A DNA stretch of 64,000 nt from Parcubacteria group bacterium (GCA_016181845.1 JACOYO010000002.1:20780-84779), one strand, 5' to 3'. Shown: positions 50,663-59,874, counted from the first letter of the stretch. Notes: a model not told the origin generated them from the sequence alone. Program-made: numbers and translations.

Positions 50663-51065
50663 ATGAAAAAGGAAAAACGAAAAATGCAAAACAACAACTT
50701 AAAAATAAAAACAGACCTAAAAAAAACGAGCCTATATATTTGCCATTGATATTATAAAGATGATTGATTTTATTGATAAAAAAGATTTTACGATACAAGT
50801 TATTTCTAAACAATTAATTAGAAGCGCCACCAGTATTGGATCAAATATCATTGAAGCTCAAGCGGGTAGTACAAAAAAAGACTTTACTAATTTTTTTAGT
50901 TACGCTTTGAAATCTGCGAATGAAAGTAAGTTCTGGCTCGGACTCTTAAGGGATTCTGGTAAAGGAAATAAAGAAAAGTGCAATAAATTACTGCAGGAAA
51001 CGATAGAATTATCAAATATGTTAGGATCAAGTATACTTACTTTGAAAGGGAAAAAGAAATTTTAA
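50663..51065 (+). pseudogene. four-helix-bundle (23S rRNA IVS protein/Avd-like) gene with a frameshift in an A8 tract
   Basis: QLIRSATSIGSNIIEA...DFTNFF.YALKSANESKFWL; N-terminus DLKK|RAYIFAIDII is split by one extra A at 50719-50726; flanked by inverted repeats. Confidence 0.8.
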
Positions 51066-51117
51066 ATTTTATGTTGTTGTTTTGCATTTTTCATTTTTAA
51101 TTTTACGCTTCTATTTT

Positions 51118-51570
51118 ATGCGTTACGAAGTCCCACAATTTATTGAGGTTGAAGACAAAGTGTTTGGTCCGCTGACCATCAAACAGTTTTTGTATTTGGT
51201 GGGCGGAGCCGGAGTCGCGTATCTCATTTGGGTTTCTCTGCCGACTTTTTTTGCCGTTCTCTTTATCGTTCCAGTTGCGGCATTGGCTTTATCGCTTGCT
51301 TTTTATCAGGTGAACAATCGTCCGTTTGTGCAGATTATTGAAAACAGCGTGCAATATTTTTTCAGCAACAAACTCTACCTCTGGAAAAAAGAACCGAAAA
51401 AAAACGCGCGCGAAACGGCGGCGGACATATCAAAAAATGAACCCTCATATATCCCGAAACTGTCAGAAAGCAAACTAAAAGATATCGCCTGGGGGCTTGA
51501 CGTACATGAAAGTTTGTATGCCGGCACGGACACGGAAAAGAGAAAAAAAGAAAAAGTGTTTAGAACATGA
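51118..51570 (+). CDS. PrgI family (VirB3-like) membrane protein
   Basis: YEVPQFIEVEDKVFGPLTIKQF, two TMs, NNRPF. Confidence 0.88.
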   Translation: MRYEVPQFIEVEDKVFGPLTIKQFLYLVGGAGVAYLIWVSLPTFFAVLFIVPVAALALSLAFYQVNNRPFVQIIENSVQYFFSNKLYLWKKEPKKNARETAADISKNEPSYIPKLSESKLKDIAWGLDVHESLYAGTDTEKRKKEKVFRT

Positions 51571-51582
51571 AACCTAAAATAA

Positions 51583-51675
51583 TTTTGAATTTCCAATTTT
51601 GAATTTTGAATAAATTTTGAATGTCTTAATTTAAAATTAGAATTTGATTCAAAATTCAAAATTGGAAATTCAAAA
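51583..51675. repeat. perfect 29-bp inverted repeat built from 7-mer units
   Basis: TTTTGAATTTCCAATTTTGAATTTTGAAT (51583-51611) and its complement (51647-51675). Confidence 0.85.
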
Positions 51676-51681
51676 CTCAAC

Positions 51682-52326
51682 ATGACTAAAGAAACCACCC
51701 AACAATTTGTTCCAATCAAAGAAGTGCGCGACGGCGTCGTGGTGCTTCGCGACGGCTCGCTCCGCACCGTGCTTATGGCATCGTCGCTCAACTTCGCGCT
51801 GAAATCGGCGGATGAACAGGAGGCGATTACTTCTCAATTTCAAAATTTTCTAAACTCGCTTGAATTTTCCGTTGAATTCTACATCCAATCTCGGCGGCTT
51901 GACATCAGGCCGTATATCGCGCTTCTGGAAGAGCGGATGAAAGAACAGACGAATGATTTGGTAAAAATCCAGACTCACGAATATATCGGTTTCATAAAAA
52001 ATTTTACCGAATCAACCGACATAATGAGCAAAAATTTTTTTATCATCATTCCGTATGCGGCGTCTATTTTCCAGGACAAAAAGAAGATGGGAGGATTTTT
52101 CGGAAAGAAAGCTCCGGCGGAAGTTGAAAAGAAAAATGAAGCGGAACAATTTGAAGAAAGCCGCACCCAGCTTGAACAGCGCTCGGCGATTGTCTCACAA
52201 GGACTTTCCCGCGCAGGGGTCAGGGTGGCGATGCTCGGGACCGAAGAAATTATAGAATTGTTTTACAAAATATTTAACCCGGGGGAGCTTGAGAAACCGA
52301 TTGTTTCAGATGACGGTATGCAATAA
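51682..52326 (+). CDS. TraC/VirB4 N-terminal-like accessory protein
   Basis: TQQFVPIKEVRDG..SSLNFALKSADEQ..FQNFLNSL; between PrgI and VirB4. Confidence 0.7.
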   Translation: MTKETTQQFVPIKEVRDGVVVLRDGSLRTVLMASSLNFALKSADEQEAITSQFQNFLNSLEFSVEFYIQSRRLDIRPYIALLEERMKEQTNDLVKIQTHEYIGFIKNFTESTDIMSKNFFIIIPYAASIFQDKKKMGGFFGKKAPAEVEKKNEAEQFEESRTQLEQRSAIVSQGLSRAGVRVAMLGTEEIIELFYKIFNPGELEKPIVSDDGMQ

Positions 52327-52335
52327 TAAAATATC

Positions 52336-54150
52336 ATGGCATTATTTGATTTTCTAAAAAAGAAAAAAACAGAAGAAGCGATTACGCCGATTTTGCCGCA
52401 GGAAATTTATGAAGCGGCAACGCTTGAATTGAAAGATATTCTGGCGCCGTCGGCGCTCAAGATTTCTCCGCGCGAAATAAATCTCGGAGAAAAAATAGCC
52501 CGCACTTTTTTTGTCATTTCATATCCGCGGTTTCTTACGGACAATTGGTTTTCTCCGATTATCAATCTTGACAAAGTATTTGATGTCGCTATTTACGTGC
52601 ACGCGATTGAAACGCAAAAAGTGCTCCGTCAATTCCAAAAAAAGGTCGCGGAAGTGGAAAGTCAGATAAATATCCGCGAGGAAAAAGGGCTTGTCCGCGA
52701 CCCGGAACTTGACGCGGCGTACCGAAATCTTGAAGCGCTCCGAGATAAACTCCAGCAGGCGGAGGAAAAATTGTTTGATGTCGGACTCTACATCACTATT
52801 TACGGCTCTACGAGCGAAGAGTTGGATAAAGTGGAGTCAACCATCAAATCCATTCTTGAATCAAAATTGGTTTTTTTGAAACCGGCGCTCTTCCAGCAGG
52901 AGGCGGGGTTCATGAGCGTCTTGCCGCTTGGCGACGACCGGCTCCTTGTGCATTCAAAACTCAATTCTTCACCTCTAGCGAGTATGTTTCCATTCGTGTC
53001 GTTTGACCTGACATCTGATAAAGGAATTTTGTACGGCATCAACCGTCACAATTCTTCCCTTATTTTGTTTGACCGCTTCTCGCTTGAAAACTATAACTCG
53101 GTTATTTTTGCGAAAGCCGGTTCCGGCAAGTCGTACGCGACGAAGCTTGAAATTTTGCGGTCGCTTATGTTTGATACCGATGTTATCGTGATTGACCCCG
53201 AACGTGAATATGAATATCTGGCGGAAGCGATGGGCGGACGGTATTTTAATATCTCGCTTTCATCAGAGCATCACATCAATCCGTTTGACCTCCCCGTTCC
53301 ACGTGAAGACGAAGCGCCTTCCGATGTGCTCCGTTCACATATCATCAATTTAGTCGGACTCTTCCGCCTCATGCTGGGCGGACTTACCCCCGAGGAAGAT
53401 TCAATCGTTGACCGCGCCATTACCGAAACATACGCGCTAAAAGATATTACGCCAGCGACGAATTTCGGCAATGTCATGCCTCCGCTTTTGTCTGATTTTG
53501 AATTGGTCCTTGCCGGTATGGAAGGCGCCGAATCGCTCGTGTCGCGCCTGTCAAAATATACCAAAGGTACGTGGGCCGGTTTTATCAATCGTCCGACCAA
53601 TGTTGATATCAATAAAAAATTCGTCGTGTTTTCCGTGCGCGATATGGAAGACGACCTGAAGCCGGTCGCAATGTATATTATCACGCACTATATCTGGAAT
53701 GCTGTCCGCAAAACGCTCCGCAAGCGGCTCTTGGTGATTGATGAAGCGTGGTGGATGATGAAAGCCGAAGACACCGCGTCGTTTTTGTTCGGCATCGCGA
53801 AACGTTCGCGCAAATACTATCTCGGGCTCGCGACCATTACCCAGGACGTCGGCGATTTTTTGAAATCTCCGTATGGTTTGCCCATCATTACCAACTCGTC
53901 TCTTCAGCTTTTGCTCAAGCAGTCGCCAGCGATTATTGACGAGGTGCAAAAAACTTTTAACCTGACCGAGGAAGAAAAATTTTTGCTTCTTGAATCCGAT
54001 GTCGGCGAGGGAATCTTTTTTGCCGGATTGAAACACGTGGCGATTAAAATCATCGCTTCATACACCGAAGACCAGATTATTACTTCCGACCCGGCGCAAC
54101 TCTTGGCCATCAAACGCGCCAAAGAAGAGCTGAAACAAGCGGAAACATAA
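52336..54150 (+). CDS. virB4: VirB4-family ATPase
   Basis: GILYGIN, Walker A AKAGSGKS, VIDPEREY, INPFD, Walker B LVIDEAW, RKY..TITQ. Confidence 0.9.
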   Translation: MALFDFLKKKKTEEAITPILPQEIYEAATLELKDILAPSALKISPREINLGEKIARTFFVISYPRFLTDNWFSPIINLDKVFDVAIYVHAIETQKVLRQFQKKVAEVESQINIREEKGLVRDPELDAAYRNLEALRDKLQQAEEKLFDVGLYITIYGSTSEELDKVESTIKSILESKLVFLKPALFQQEAGFMSVLPLGDDRLLVHSKLNSSPLASMFPFVSFDLTSDKGILYGINRHNSSLILFDRFSLENYNSVIFAKAGSGKSYATKLEILRSLMFDTDVIVIDPEREYEYLAEAMGGRYFNISLSSEHHINPFDLPVPREDEAPSDVLRSHIINLVGLFRLMLGGLTPEEDSIVDRAITETYALKDITPATNFGNVMPPLLSDFELVLAGMEGAESLVSRLSKYTKGTWAGFINRPTNVDINKKFVVFSVRDMEDDLKPVAMYIITHYIWNAVRKTLRKRLLVIDEAWWMMKAEDTASFLFGIAKRSRKYYLGLATITQDVGDFLKSPYGLPIITNSSLQLLLKQSPAIIDEVQKTFNLTEEEKFLLLESDVGEGIFFAGLKHVAIKIIASYTEDQIITSDPAQLLAIKRAKEELKQAET

Positions 54151-54154
54151 ATCT

Positions 54155-54634
54155 ATGGCAACAAACACACCACCCACTGTCGGCAATGAAATTGTTCAAA
54201 GGGCTCCTTCTCCCGCGCGTTTTCTTCGCGCTCGCGCTCGGGCGCGGCAAAAAGCTGTGTCCGATGAAAGCGATGAAGAAAAAAAAGCGCAAGCCGCCGG
54301 ACAATCACAAAAATTAACCGGCGCCGGATTCACTATTATGATACTTCTTGCGCTTGTCAAAGATTTTTTTGACATTATCGCCAGCGCGAGCGTTGTGTTG
54401 GCATTTCTCTCAACTATTGCCGGAGTGTCGGTTGCGTTTATTATTTTTCTATATCTTTTTTTCAACAACGTTTCATTTACCGCGCGGAAACTTACCGTTT
54501 TGCTCGCGATGTTTCTTATAGAAAGCGTCCCATTCTTAGCGCTATTGCCGACGACGACAATCAGTTTGCTTATCGTGCGCTATTTGGAACACAACGCCGC
54601 CGTCAAGCGAATCGGGGAACGTTTTGCCGCATAA
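54155..54634 (+). CDS. membrane hypothetical protein
   Basis: Three to four hydrophobic segments; ES.PFL..LP. Confidence 0.65.
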   Translation: MATNTPPTVGNEIVQRAPSPARFLRARARARQKAVSDESDEEKKAQAAGQSQKLTGAGFTIMILLALVKDFFDIIASASVVLAFLSTIAGVSVAFIIFLYLFFNNVSFTARKLTVLLAMFLIESVPFLALLPTTTISLLIVRYLEHNAAVKRIGERFAA

Positions 54635-54663
54635 AACGGCGTTATGGTTGGCGTATTGTACCT

Positions 54664-54801
54664 TGAATTACGAAACTCTTTTTTTGACACCGCTCGGCCG
54701 CTTCCAGCGGCGGCCTAGCTTGTCCTCGGGCTCGGATTTTGCTTCGCAAAAACCAAGCTCCTCGCCCTGCGGCCGTATCAAAAAAAGAGTTTCGTAATTC
54801 A
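54664..54801. mobile_element. 138-bp MITE-like element, family B full form
   Basis: Perfect 24-bp TIRs TGAATTACGAAACTCTTTTTTTGA / TCAAAAAAAGAGTTTCGTAATTCA around a GC-rich multi-hairpin core. Confidence 0.8.
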
Positions 54802-54848
54802 TAATATGGTAATTCAAAATATGATATACTATTGAATAATACGATGAC

Positions 54849-55886
54849 ATGCCTCACAAATTAAATACAATCTTTTTTCTGTTGTGCTCCGCTGTTTTTT
54901 TGGCGATGCCCGCGCTTGGCTTCGCCGCTCTTTTGCCGAACGGAGAGCCGCTCTTAATTATTGCGAATCCGGAAAATCCAAAACCATTTGACACGGTGAC
55001 CGCACGCGTTGAAAGTTTTCGGTTTGATGTCTCCAGAAGCGTGATTACATGGTATGTAAACGGAAAAAAGACGGCTTCAGGAATTGGGAAAACACAAATA
55101 TCATTTTCAGCTGGAGGCGGAGGCAAAGAAACAACCGTTGAAGTCGTGGCTCAATCGGAAACCTCCGGCGTGTTCAACCAGACGCTTGTGTTTCGCCCCG
55201 CGGACGTCGCTCTTTTATGGGAGGCAGATACCTATACTCCTCCTTTTTATCAAGGGAAAGCGCTCGCGTCGTCCGCGGCAAGAATCAAAATTACCGCTTT
55301 TCCGGAATTTACAGATAGCTCGGGCCGCGCCGTTTCTCCGCGCAATCTTGTGTACCAATGGCAGGTTGACGGCTCAAATCTGCCGAATCAATCGGGCTAC
55401 GGAGCGCGAACAATCACCGTGACCGGCGCTCGGATTTATAGAGATACCGAAATATCCGTTGAAGTGTCTTCCGTTGACAGAAGTATCGTTGCTCAAAAAA
55501 TATTGATTATCCCCTCAACCGACCCGAAACTCGTACTGTATGAAAATCATCCGCTGGAAGGAGTGAAATACTCGCAAGCGCTTTCTTCTTCATTTTCGCT
55601 TTCGGAACCCGAGGTGAGCATACGCGCGGAGCCGTACTTTTTTTCAGATATTGGTACTCTTGATTACGGATGGTTTCTCAACAACGAGCCGGTCACGGTG
55701 GACCGGAATGAATGGAATAATATAACTCTGCGCCAAGAAAGCGGCTCTGCCGGCGTGTCGCGTGTCAGCCTTGATGTGCGCGGAATAAGCGGCATACGCG
55801 GGCGTATATTGCAAAACGCGGCGGCGGCGCTCCTTATTTATTTCGGTGGACAAGGAGCGGGCGCTGGAGGATTTTTTGGGCAATAG
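54849..55886 (+). CDS. secreted protein with tandem Ig-like domains
   Basis: Signal peptide; repeated (I/Y)xWxV(N/D)G; WEADTYTPPFYQGKAL. Confidence 0.7.
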   Translation: MPHKLNTIFFLLCSAVFLAMPALGFAALLPNGEPLLIIANPENPKPFDTVTARVESFRFDVSRSVITWYVNGKKTASGIGKTQISFSAGGGGKETTVEVVAQSETSGVFNQTLVFRPADVALLWEADTYTPPFYQGKALASSAARIKITAFPEFTDSSGRAVSPRNLVYQWQVDGSNLPNQSGYGARTITVTGARIYRDTEISVEVSSVDRSIVAQKILIIPSTDPKLVLYENHPLEGVKYSQALSSSFSLSEPEVSIRAEPYFFSDIGTLDYGWFLNNEPVTVDRNEWNNITLRQESGSAGVSRVSLDVRGISGIRGRILQNAAAALLIYFGGQGAGAGGFFGQ

Positions 55887-55908
55887 CAGTACATAAAAAA
55901 ATATAAAA

Positions 55909-56766
55909 ATGAAAGCATTAAAATCAATAGCATTTATGGCGCTGATATTTCTCTTCTTTTTTACGCTTGCAATTCCGTTTATTAGTGTTGCCGACTCCGT
56001 AGGTTATATCCTTCAGCCGTTGCCTGGTTTTGACGAAAAAGCGGGTGGCTTGGGCGGATATTTTACAAGTATGTACCAATGGATAATCGGTATTGCAGGA
56101 GTCTTGGCGGTGCTTATGATTGTTGTTGCCGGCATAGAATATATGACCCCGACACCGTCTTCAAAAGAATCGGCAAAAAATCGCGCGTGGGCGGCTATTT
56201 CCGGATTACTTTTGGCGCTCGTATCATATCTTATTTTGAATACGATAAACCCCGATTTGGTGAAACAAAGTATTACGTTACCAAATGTGTCTATCCAAAA
56301 AGCGCCTGAAAATACCAATGAGCTTTTTTCAGCTCGGCAACTATTTCAAGCGCGGCTCAATCAAGAACAAACCTTCAAAGCGGCGATAAAAGATTATGCC
56401 GATTACTCCGCTTCGTTACAGGAACAACAAGATGAATTGTTAACACAGTGGCAGGAAGCGCCGGCAAATTCTGAATTAAGAAAAGTTATAGAACAAAACA
56501 TACGCAATCTTGACGCGCAGATAATTCAAAACAATAATGCACAGAACACGCTTGAGCAATTAAAAGCGGTCGCTACTCAAAATCGGATTGCTGAAGCAAA
56601 ACTTCTTACCGAAAAAGTGATTAGCGCTTCAAACAAAGAAGAAGATAAACAAATTGAAAAAAAGTGCAATGACGAAATCAATTCAAATTGGCTTACGAAA
56701 GGTAGTATTATTTATTACAATTTTTGTTTAGTCAAAAATGCTCACGGTTTCTTTAAGGTTTACTAA
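55909..56766 (+). CDS. T4SS pilin-like (TrbC/VirB2-type) protein with coiled-coil extension
   Basis: IAGVLAVLMIVVAGIEY....AK.R...AISGLLLALVSYLILNTINPDL. Confidence 0.78.
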   Translation: MKALKSIAFMALIFLFFFTLAIPFISVADSVGYILQPLPGFDEKAGGLGGYFTSMYQWIIGIAGVLAVLMIVVAGIEYMTPTPSSKESAKNRAWAAISGLLLALVSYLILNTINPDLVKQSITLPNVSIQKAPENTNELFSARQLFQARLNQEQTFKAAIKDYADYSASLQEQQDELLTQWQEAPANSELRKVIEQNIRNLDAQIIQNNNAQNTLEQLKAVATQNRIAEAKLLTEKVISASNKEEDKQIEKKCNDEINSNWLTKGSIIYYNFCLVKNAHGFFKVY

Positions 56767-56772
56767 CCATAT

Positions 56773-58002
56773 ATGTCCAAAAAAACACTCACCATTCTCA
56801 TTGTTGTCGCGACCGTTGTAATCATCGGGCTTTTTGTTGCGGCATTTTTATTGTCGCGCGGGAAGAGCGTCGTGCCTGGTGAAGGCGGCGAAGGATTCTT
56901 TGGCGATTTTTTCCCGACCGAAGGCGGCGGAGGGCAGGCGCCCGGGGCAGGCACTGGTATTGGCACCACAAGCAAGCAAGGCATATCTGGAAAAGAAGCA
57001 TCAGCGCTACTTCCAGCTCTGCGGCAAATTACCACCGCGCCTATTGCCGGAGCGGTAGCATTTTCGCGTAATGGTAAAACATACATTCGGTATATTGAAA
57101 AAAGGACCGGCAATGTATATGAGGCAGATACCGCGTCGTATGGAAACAATCGCATCACCAATACGACCATACCGGGTGTTGCAGAAGCGTTTTGGAACCA
57201 TGACGGTTCGCAAATGGTGATTCGCTATATTGACAAAGACACGGGCGCGATAAAAAATTTTGGAGCAAAAATAAATGAATTAAAAAACACGCTTGAAGGC
57301 GCTTTTCTTCCCGACAGCATACGCGAAATTGCGGTATCTCCCGACGCAGATAAAATATTCTATACCTTGCCTTTCCAGACTGATACGGCTGGAGCTTCAG
57401 CAAACTTTGACGGCACAAAAACGCTCAATATATTTAACTCTCCGTTTTCCGAATGGCGCGTTTCATGGCCTCTGTCAAAAACAATCGCGCTTGCTACAAA
57501 ATCGTCTTTTGCCGCATCAGGGTACCTCTATTTTTTGAACACGCAGACCGAAGCGCTTAATAGCGTCTTGAGCGGCGTCCGCGGGCTCCTCGCGCTCCCA
57601 AGCCCAGATGGGAAATATGTCTTATACAGTGAAAGCACGGAAGACGGGTTTATACTCAATTTGTTTACCCGCGGGAATAAAGCAGTAACCGAGTTGCCAA
57701 CGAGCACCTTGCCGGAAAAGTGCGTATGGGCAAAAGATAGCATTACACTCTACTGCGCGGCGCCGCTTATCATCCCTATGGGAAAATATCCCGATGCTTG
57801 GTATCAGGGAATAGTATCTTTTTCTGATGATATTTGGAAAATAAATACTGAAACCGGTTTTATTGATTTGGTAATGCAGTTGGAAGATGAAGCCCGCGTG
57901 CCGATTGACGCACTGAATCCCGCTTTGAGTCCCGATGAAGATTATCTTATATTCATCAACAAAAAAGACTCCTCGTTGTGGAGCCTTAGATTAGCTTTTT
58001 AG
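56773..58002 (+). CDS. membrane-anchored beta-propeller (TolB-like) protein
   Basis: N-terminal TM; repeated SPD(G/A)..YV/IF blades. Confidence 0.7.
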   Translation: MSKKTLTILIVVATVVIIGLFVAAFLLSRGKSVVPGEGGEGFFGDFFPTEGGGGQAPGAGTGIGTTSKQGISGKEASALLPALRQITTAPIAGAVAFSRNGKTYIRYIEKRTGNVYEADTASYGNNRITNTTIPGVAEAFWNHDGSQMVIRYIDKDTGAIKNFGAKINELKNTLEGAFLPDSIREIAVSPDADKIFYTLPFQTDTAGASANFDGTKTLNIFNSPFSEWRVSWPLSKTIALATKSSFAASGYLYFLNTQTEALNSVLSGVRGLLALPSPDGKYVLYSESTEDGFILNLFTRGNKAVTELPTSTLPEKCVWAKDSITLYCAAPLIIPMGKYPDAWYQGIVSFSDDIWKINTETGFIDLVMQLEDEARVPIDALNPALSPDEDYLIFINKKDSSLWSLRLAF

Positions 58003-58095
58003 CTTGTTAAGTCTTAGCTTTTTAGGAATATGTCAAAAAACACCAATGCAAAGCCTTGGTGTTTTTTCCTAACCAGCTAATAAGCTAAAAAGCTA
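57989..58095. repeat. inverted repeat of TTAGCTTT-type units around a hairpin between convergent genes
   Basis: TTAGCTTTTTAGCTTGTTA...TAATAAGCTAAAAAGCTA overlaps both stop codons; central AAAAAACACCAA...TTGGTGTTTTTT. Confidence 0.6.
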
Positions 58096-58558
58096 CGTAC
58101 TTAATCACCACCCTTCTTCCCATTCCAAAGCCGGTTGATTCCGTTGCTATGTCGGGAGTTTCCGCGAGGACAGAATGCACCACCATGCGGTCATACGGAT
58201 TCATCGGGTCCATTTCTATAGCGCTTTTGAAAAAACGCGCGCGCTCGGCAAGCATGAGCGCTTTATTTTTGAGCTCAACGTCCTGCTTTGCTTTGTAGCC
58301 GTTGACGTCAATGGTATATATTTTTCTTTCTTTGTGTTTCTCAAAACCAAATTTTTTCTCCATCGCTTTTTTGAAAATATGGTTTAATGCGAGAAGCGTT
58401 TCGCCGTCTTTACCTATTAACAAATGCGGCTCATCGGTATACAGCATATATTTGGCGTACGCAGTGGCGGGGTCTGATACAATCTCTATTTTTTCAACCA
58501 AAATACCGCTTGCGTTGAGAAGGTCTTTTATAAATATCTGTGCACTTTGCTCCTCCAT
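58085..58558 (-). CDS. jag: Jag/KhpB-like KH + R3H RNA-binding protein
   Basis: LIGKDGETL (KH), PMNPYDRMVVH (R3H); downstream of yidC. Confidence 0.88.
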   Translation of the reverse strand: MEEQSAQIFIKDLLNASGILVEKIEIVSDPATAYAKYMLYTDEPHLLIGKDGETLLALNHIFKKAMEKKFGFEKHKERKIYTIDVNGYKAKQDVELKNKALMLAERARFFKSAIEMDPMNPYDRMVVHSVLAETPDIATESTGFGMGRRVVIKYVAF

Positions 58559-58611
58559 ATATAAGTATTATCTTCTTCATATAACACACCGCATCAAAAA
58601 TTACAAACTGC

Positions 58612-58672
58612 CGTCTGTTGAAGTTTGACTTCAGCAGACGACTTTCCGTTGAAGTCAAACTTCAACGGAAAG
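58612..58672. repeat. inverted doublet of palindromes overlapping the yidC stop
   Basis: CGTCTGTTGAAG-TTTGA-CTTCAGCAGACG and CTTTCCGTTGAAG-TCAAA-CTTCAACGGAAAG. Confidence 0.8.
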
Positions 58673-59389
58673 CAATTTCTTTGCTTTGCGGCGCACAAAC
58701 AATTCATGTCCGATGCTGAAACAATTGCTGGTGACCCAATAGAGAGCGACTGCCGATGATATTGTGTAGGCGATAAAGGCGACAAGCACCGGCATAACAT
58801 AACGCATCTGGACGCTCATGCTCTTTGCGAGCTCATCTTTGAATGAGCGCTCGGCGCTTGACGATTCGGTTGGTATTGGAGGCATAGATAATCGTATCTG
58901 CAAGAATTGGGTTATGCCGGCAAGCAAAGCAAGCAAAATGCTTTTCCCGTGCATATCAATAAACCCCAAGAACAGTGTATTGACGTGACCCGGAAAAGAA
59001 ATGAAAGAATACAGTAAACTGGAATCTGGCTTTATACCTTTTAAGAATACCCAATAAAGGGCGAAAATAATCGGGAGCTGGACGACAAGCAAGAAACAAC
59101 CGGAAAAAGGGTTCACGCCGTGTCTTTGGTAAAGTTCCATGGTTTTTTTTGCCTGCTCTTGTTTATTATCTTTTGTTTCCTCTCGTATTTTTTTGATGTG
59201 CGGGTCAAGGGTACGTATTTTTGCCTGCGTGGATACCGACTTATGCGAAAGAGGGAAGAGAATAATTTTTACCAAGAGGGTCAAAAAAATAACCGCAAAT
59301 CCGAGACTTGCCCCAGGCGACACGTCTACCAAAAATACCAATGCGTTATATAGCGGTTGATAGAAAATGGTATTGAATAATTCGGTCAT
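58655..59389 (-). CDS. yidC: membrane protein insertase YidC/Oxa1
   Basis: LT.LVKIILFPL, LY..HGVNPFSGC..LVVQLPI, ALYW. Confidence 0.95.
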   Translation of the reverse strand: MTELFNTIFYQPLYNALVFLVDVSPGASLGFAVIFLTLLVKIILFPLSHKSVSTQAKIRTLDPHIKKIREETKDNKQEQAKKTMELYQRHGVNPFSGCFLLVVQLPIIFALYWVFLKGIKPDSSLLYSFISFPGHVNTLFLGFIDMHGKSILLALLAGITQFLQIRLSMPPIPTESSSAERSFKDELAKSMSVQMRYVMPVLVAFIAYTISSAVALYWVTSNCFSIGHELFVRRKAKKLLSVEV

Positions 59390-59633
59390 GGTATAGAGTA
59401 TACGTGAAAAAACACATAAATCAAAATATATTATTGGCCATGGTTGATTTTTATTAGCCAGTGGTGCATACTATTATATACTTGGAAATTCCAAGTTTTG
59501 ATTATATGTATGTTACATATAATCTTTATTTTTCCTTTCCCGCCGTTTTTTATAGATGGCGGGGCTCGGAAGGAAAATCATTGATTATAAGCGGTTTTAT
59601 CTGCTTTTCGGATAAAATCTAATTTAAAAACTT

Positions 59634-59723
59634 ATGGACGAGGAAAAGACATGCACCTGCGGTACGGATGTACCTTGCAAAGAGCACGGTGGCGAAAAGA
59701 AAGAGGACGAAATGAACGGCTAA
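59634..59723 (+). CDS. 29-aa Cys/His micropeptide (candidate)
   Basis: MDEEKTCTCGTDVPCKEHGGEKKEDEMNG, followed by a strong hairpin. Confidence 0.45.
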   Translation: MDEEKTCTCGTDVPCKEHGGEKKEDEMNG

Positions 59724-59727
59724 ATAT

Positions 59728-59771
59728 ACCCGCAACAAAAAACCTCCTTACGGAGGTTTTTTGTTGCGGGT
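59728..59771. terminator. long perfect hairpin/terminator
   Basis: ACCCGCAACAAAAAACCTCC-TTAC-GGAGGTTTTTTGTTGCGGGT. Confidence 0.7.
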
Positions 59772-59874
59772 GGCAAGAGTCATTTTTCTCTGCTACCATA
59801 TTATTTAGTTGCGCGGGCCATAGTTTAGTCAAAATTGAACCTCGCTCTATAGTTTGCTATAATAATATAGCGCT

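Noticed and set aside
50663-51065. Diversity-generating retroelement suggested by the Avd-like fold
   Set aside because: No reverse transcriptase and no TR/VR pair with adenine-specific mismatches seen in the window
58085-59389. yidC-jag separated by ~56 kb from rpmH-rnpA-yidD
   Set aside because: Ordinary rearrangement; no mechanism evident in the sequence
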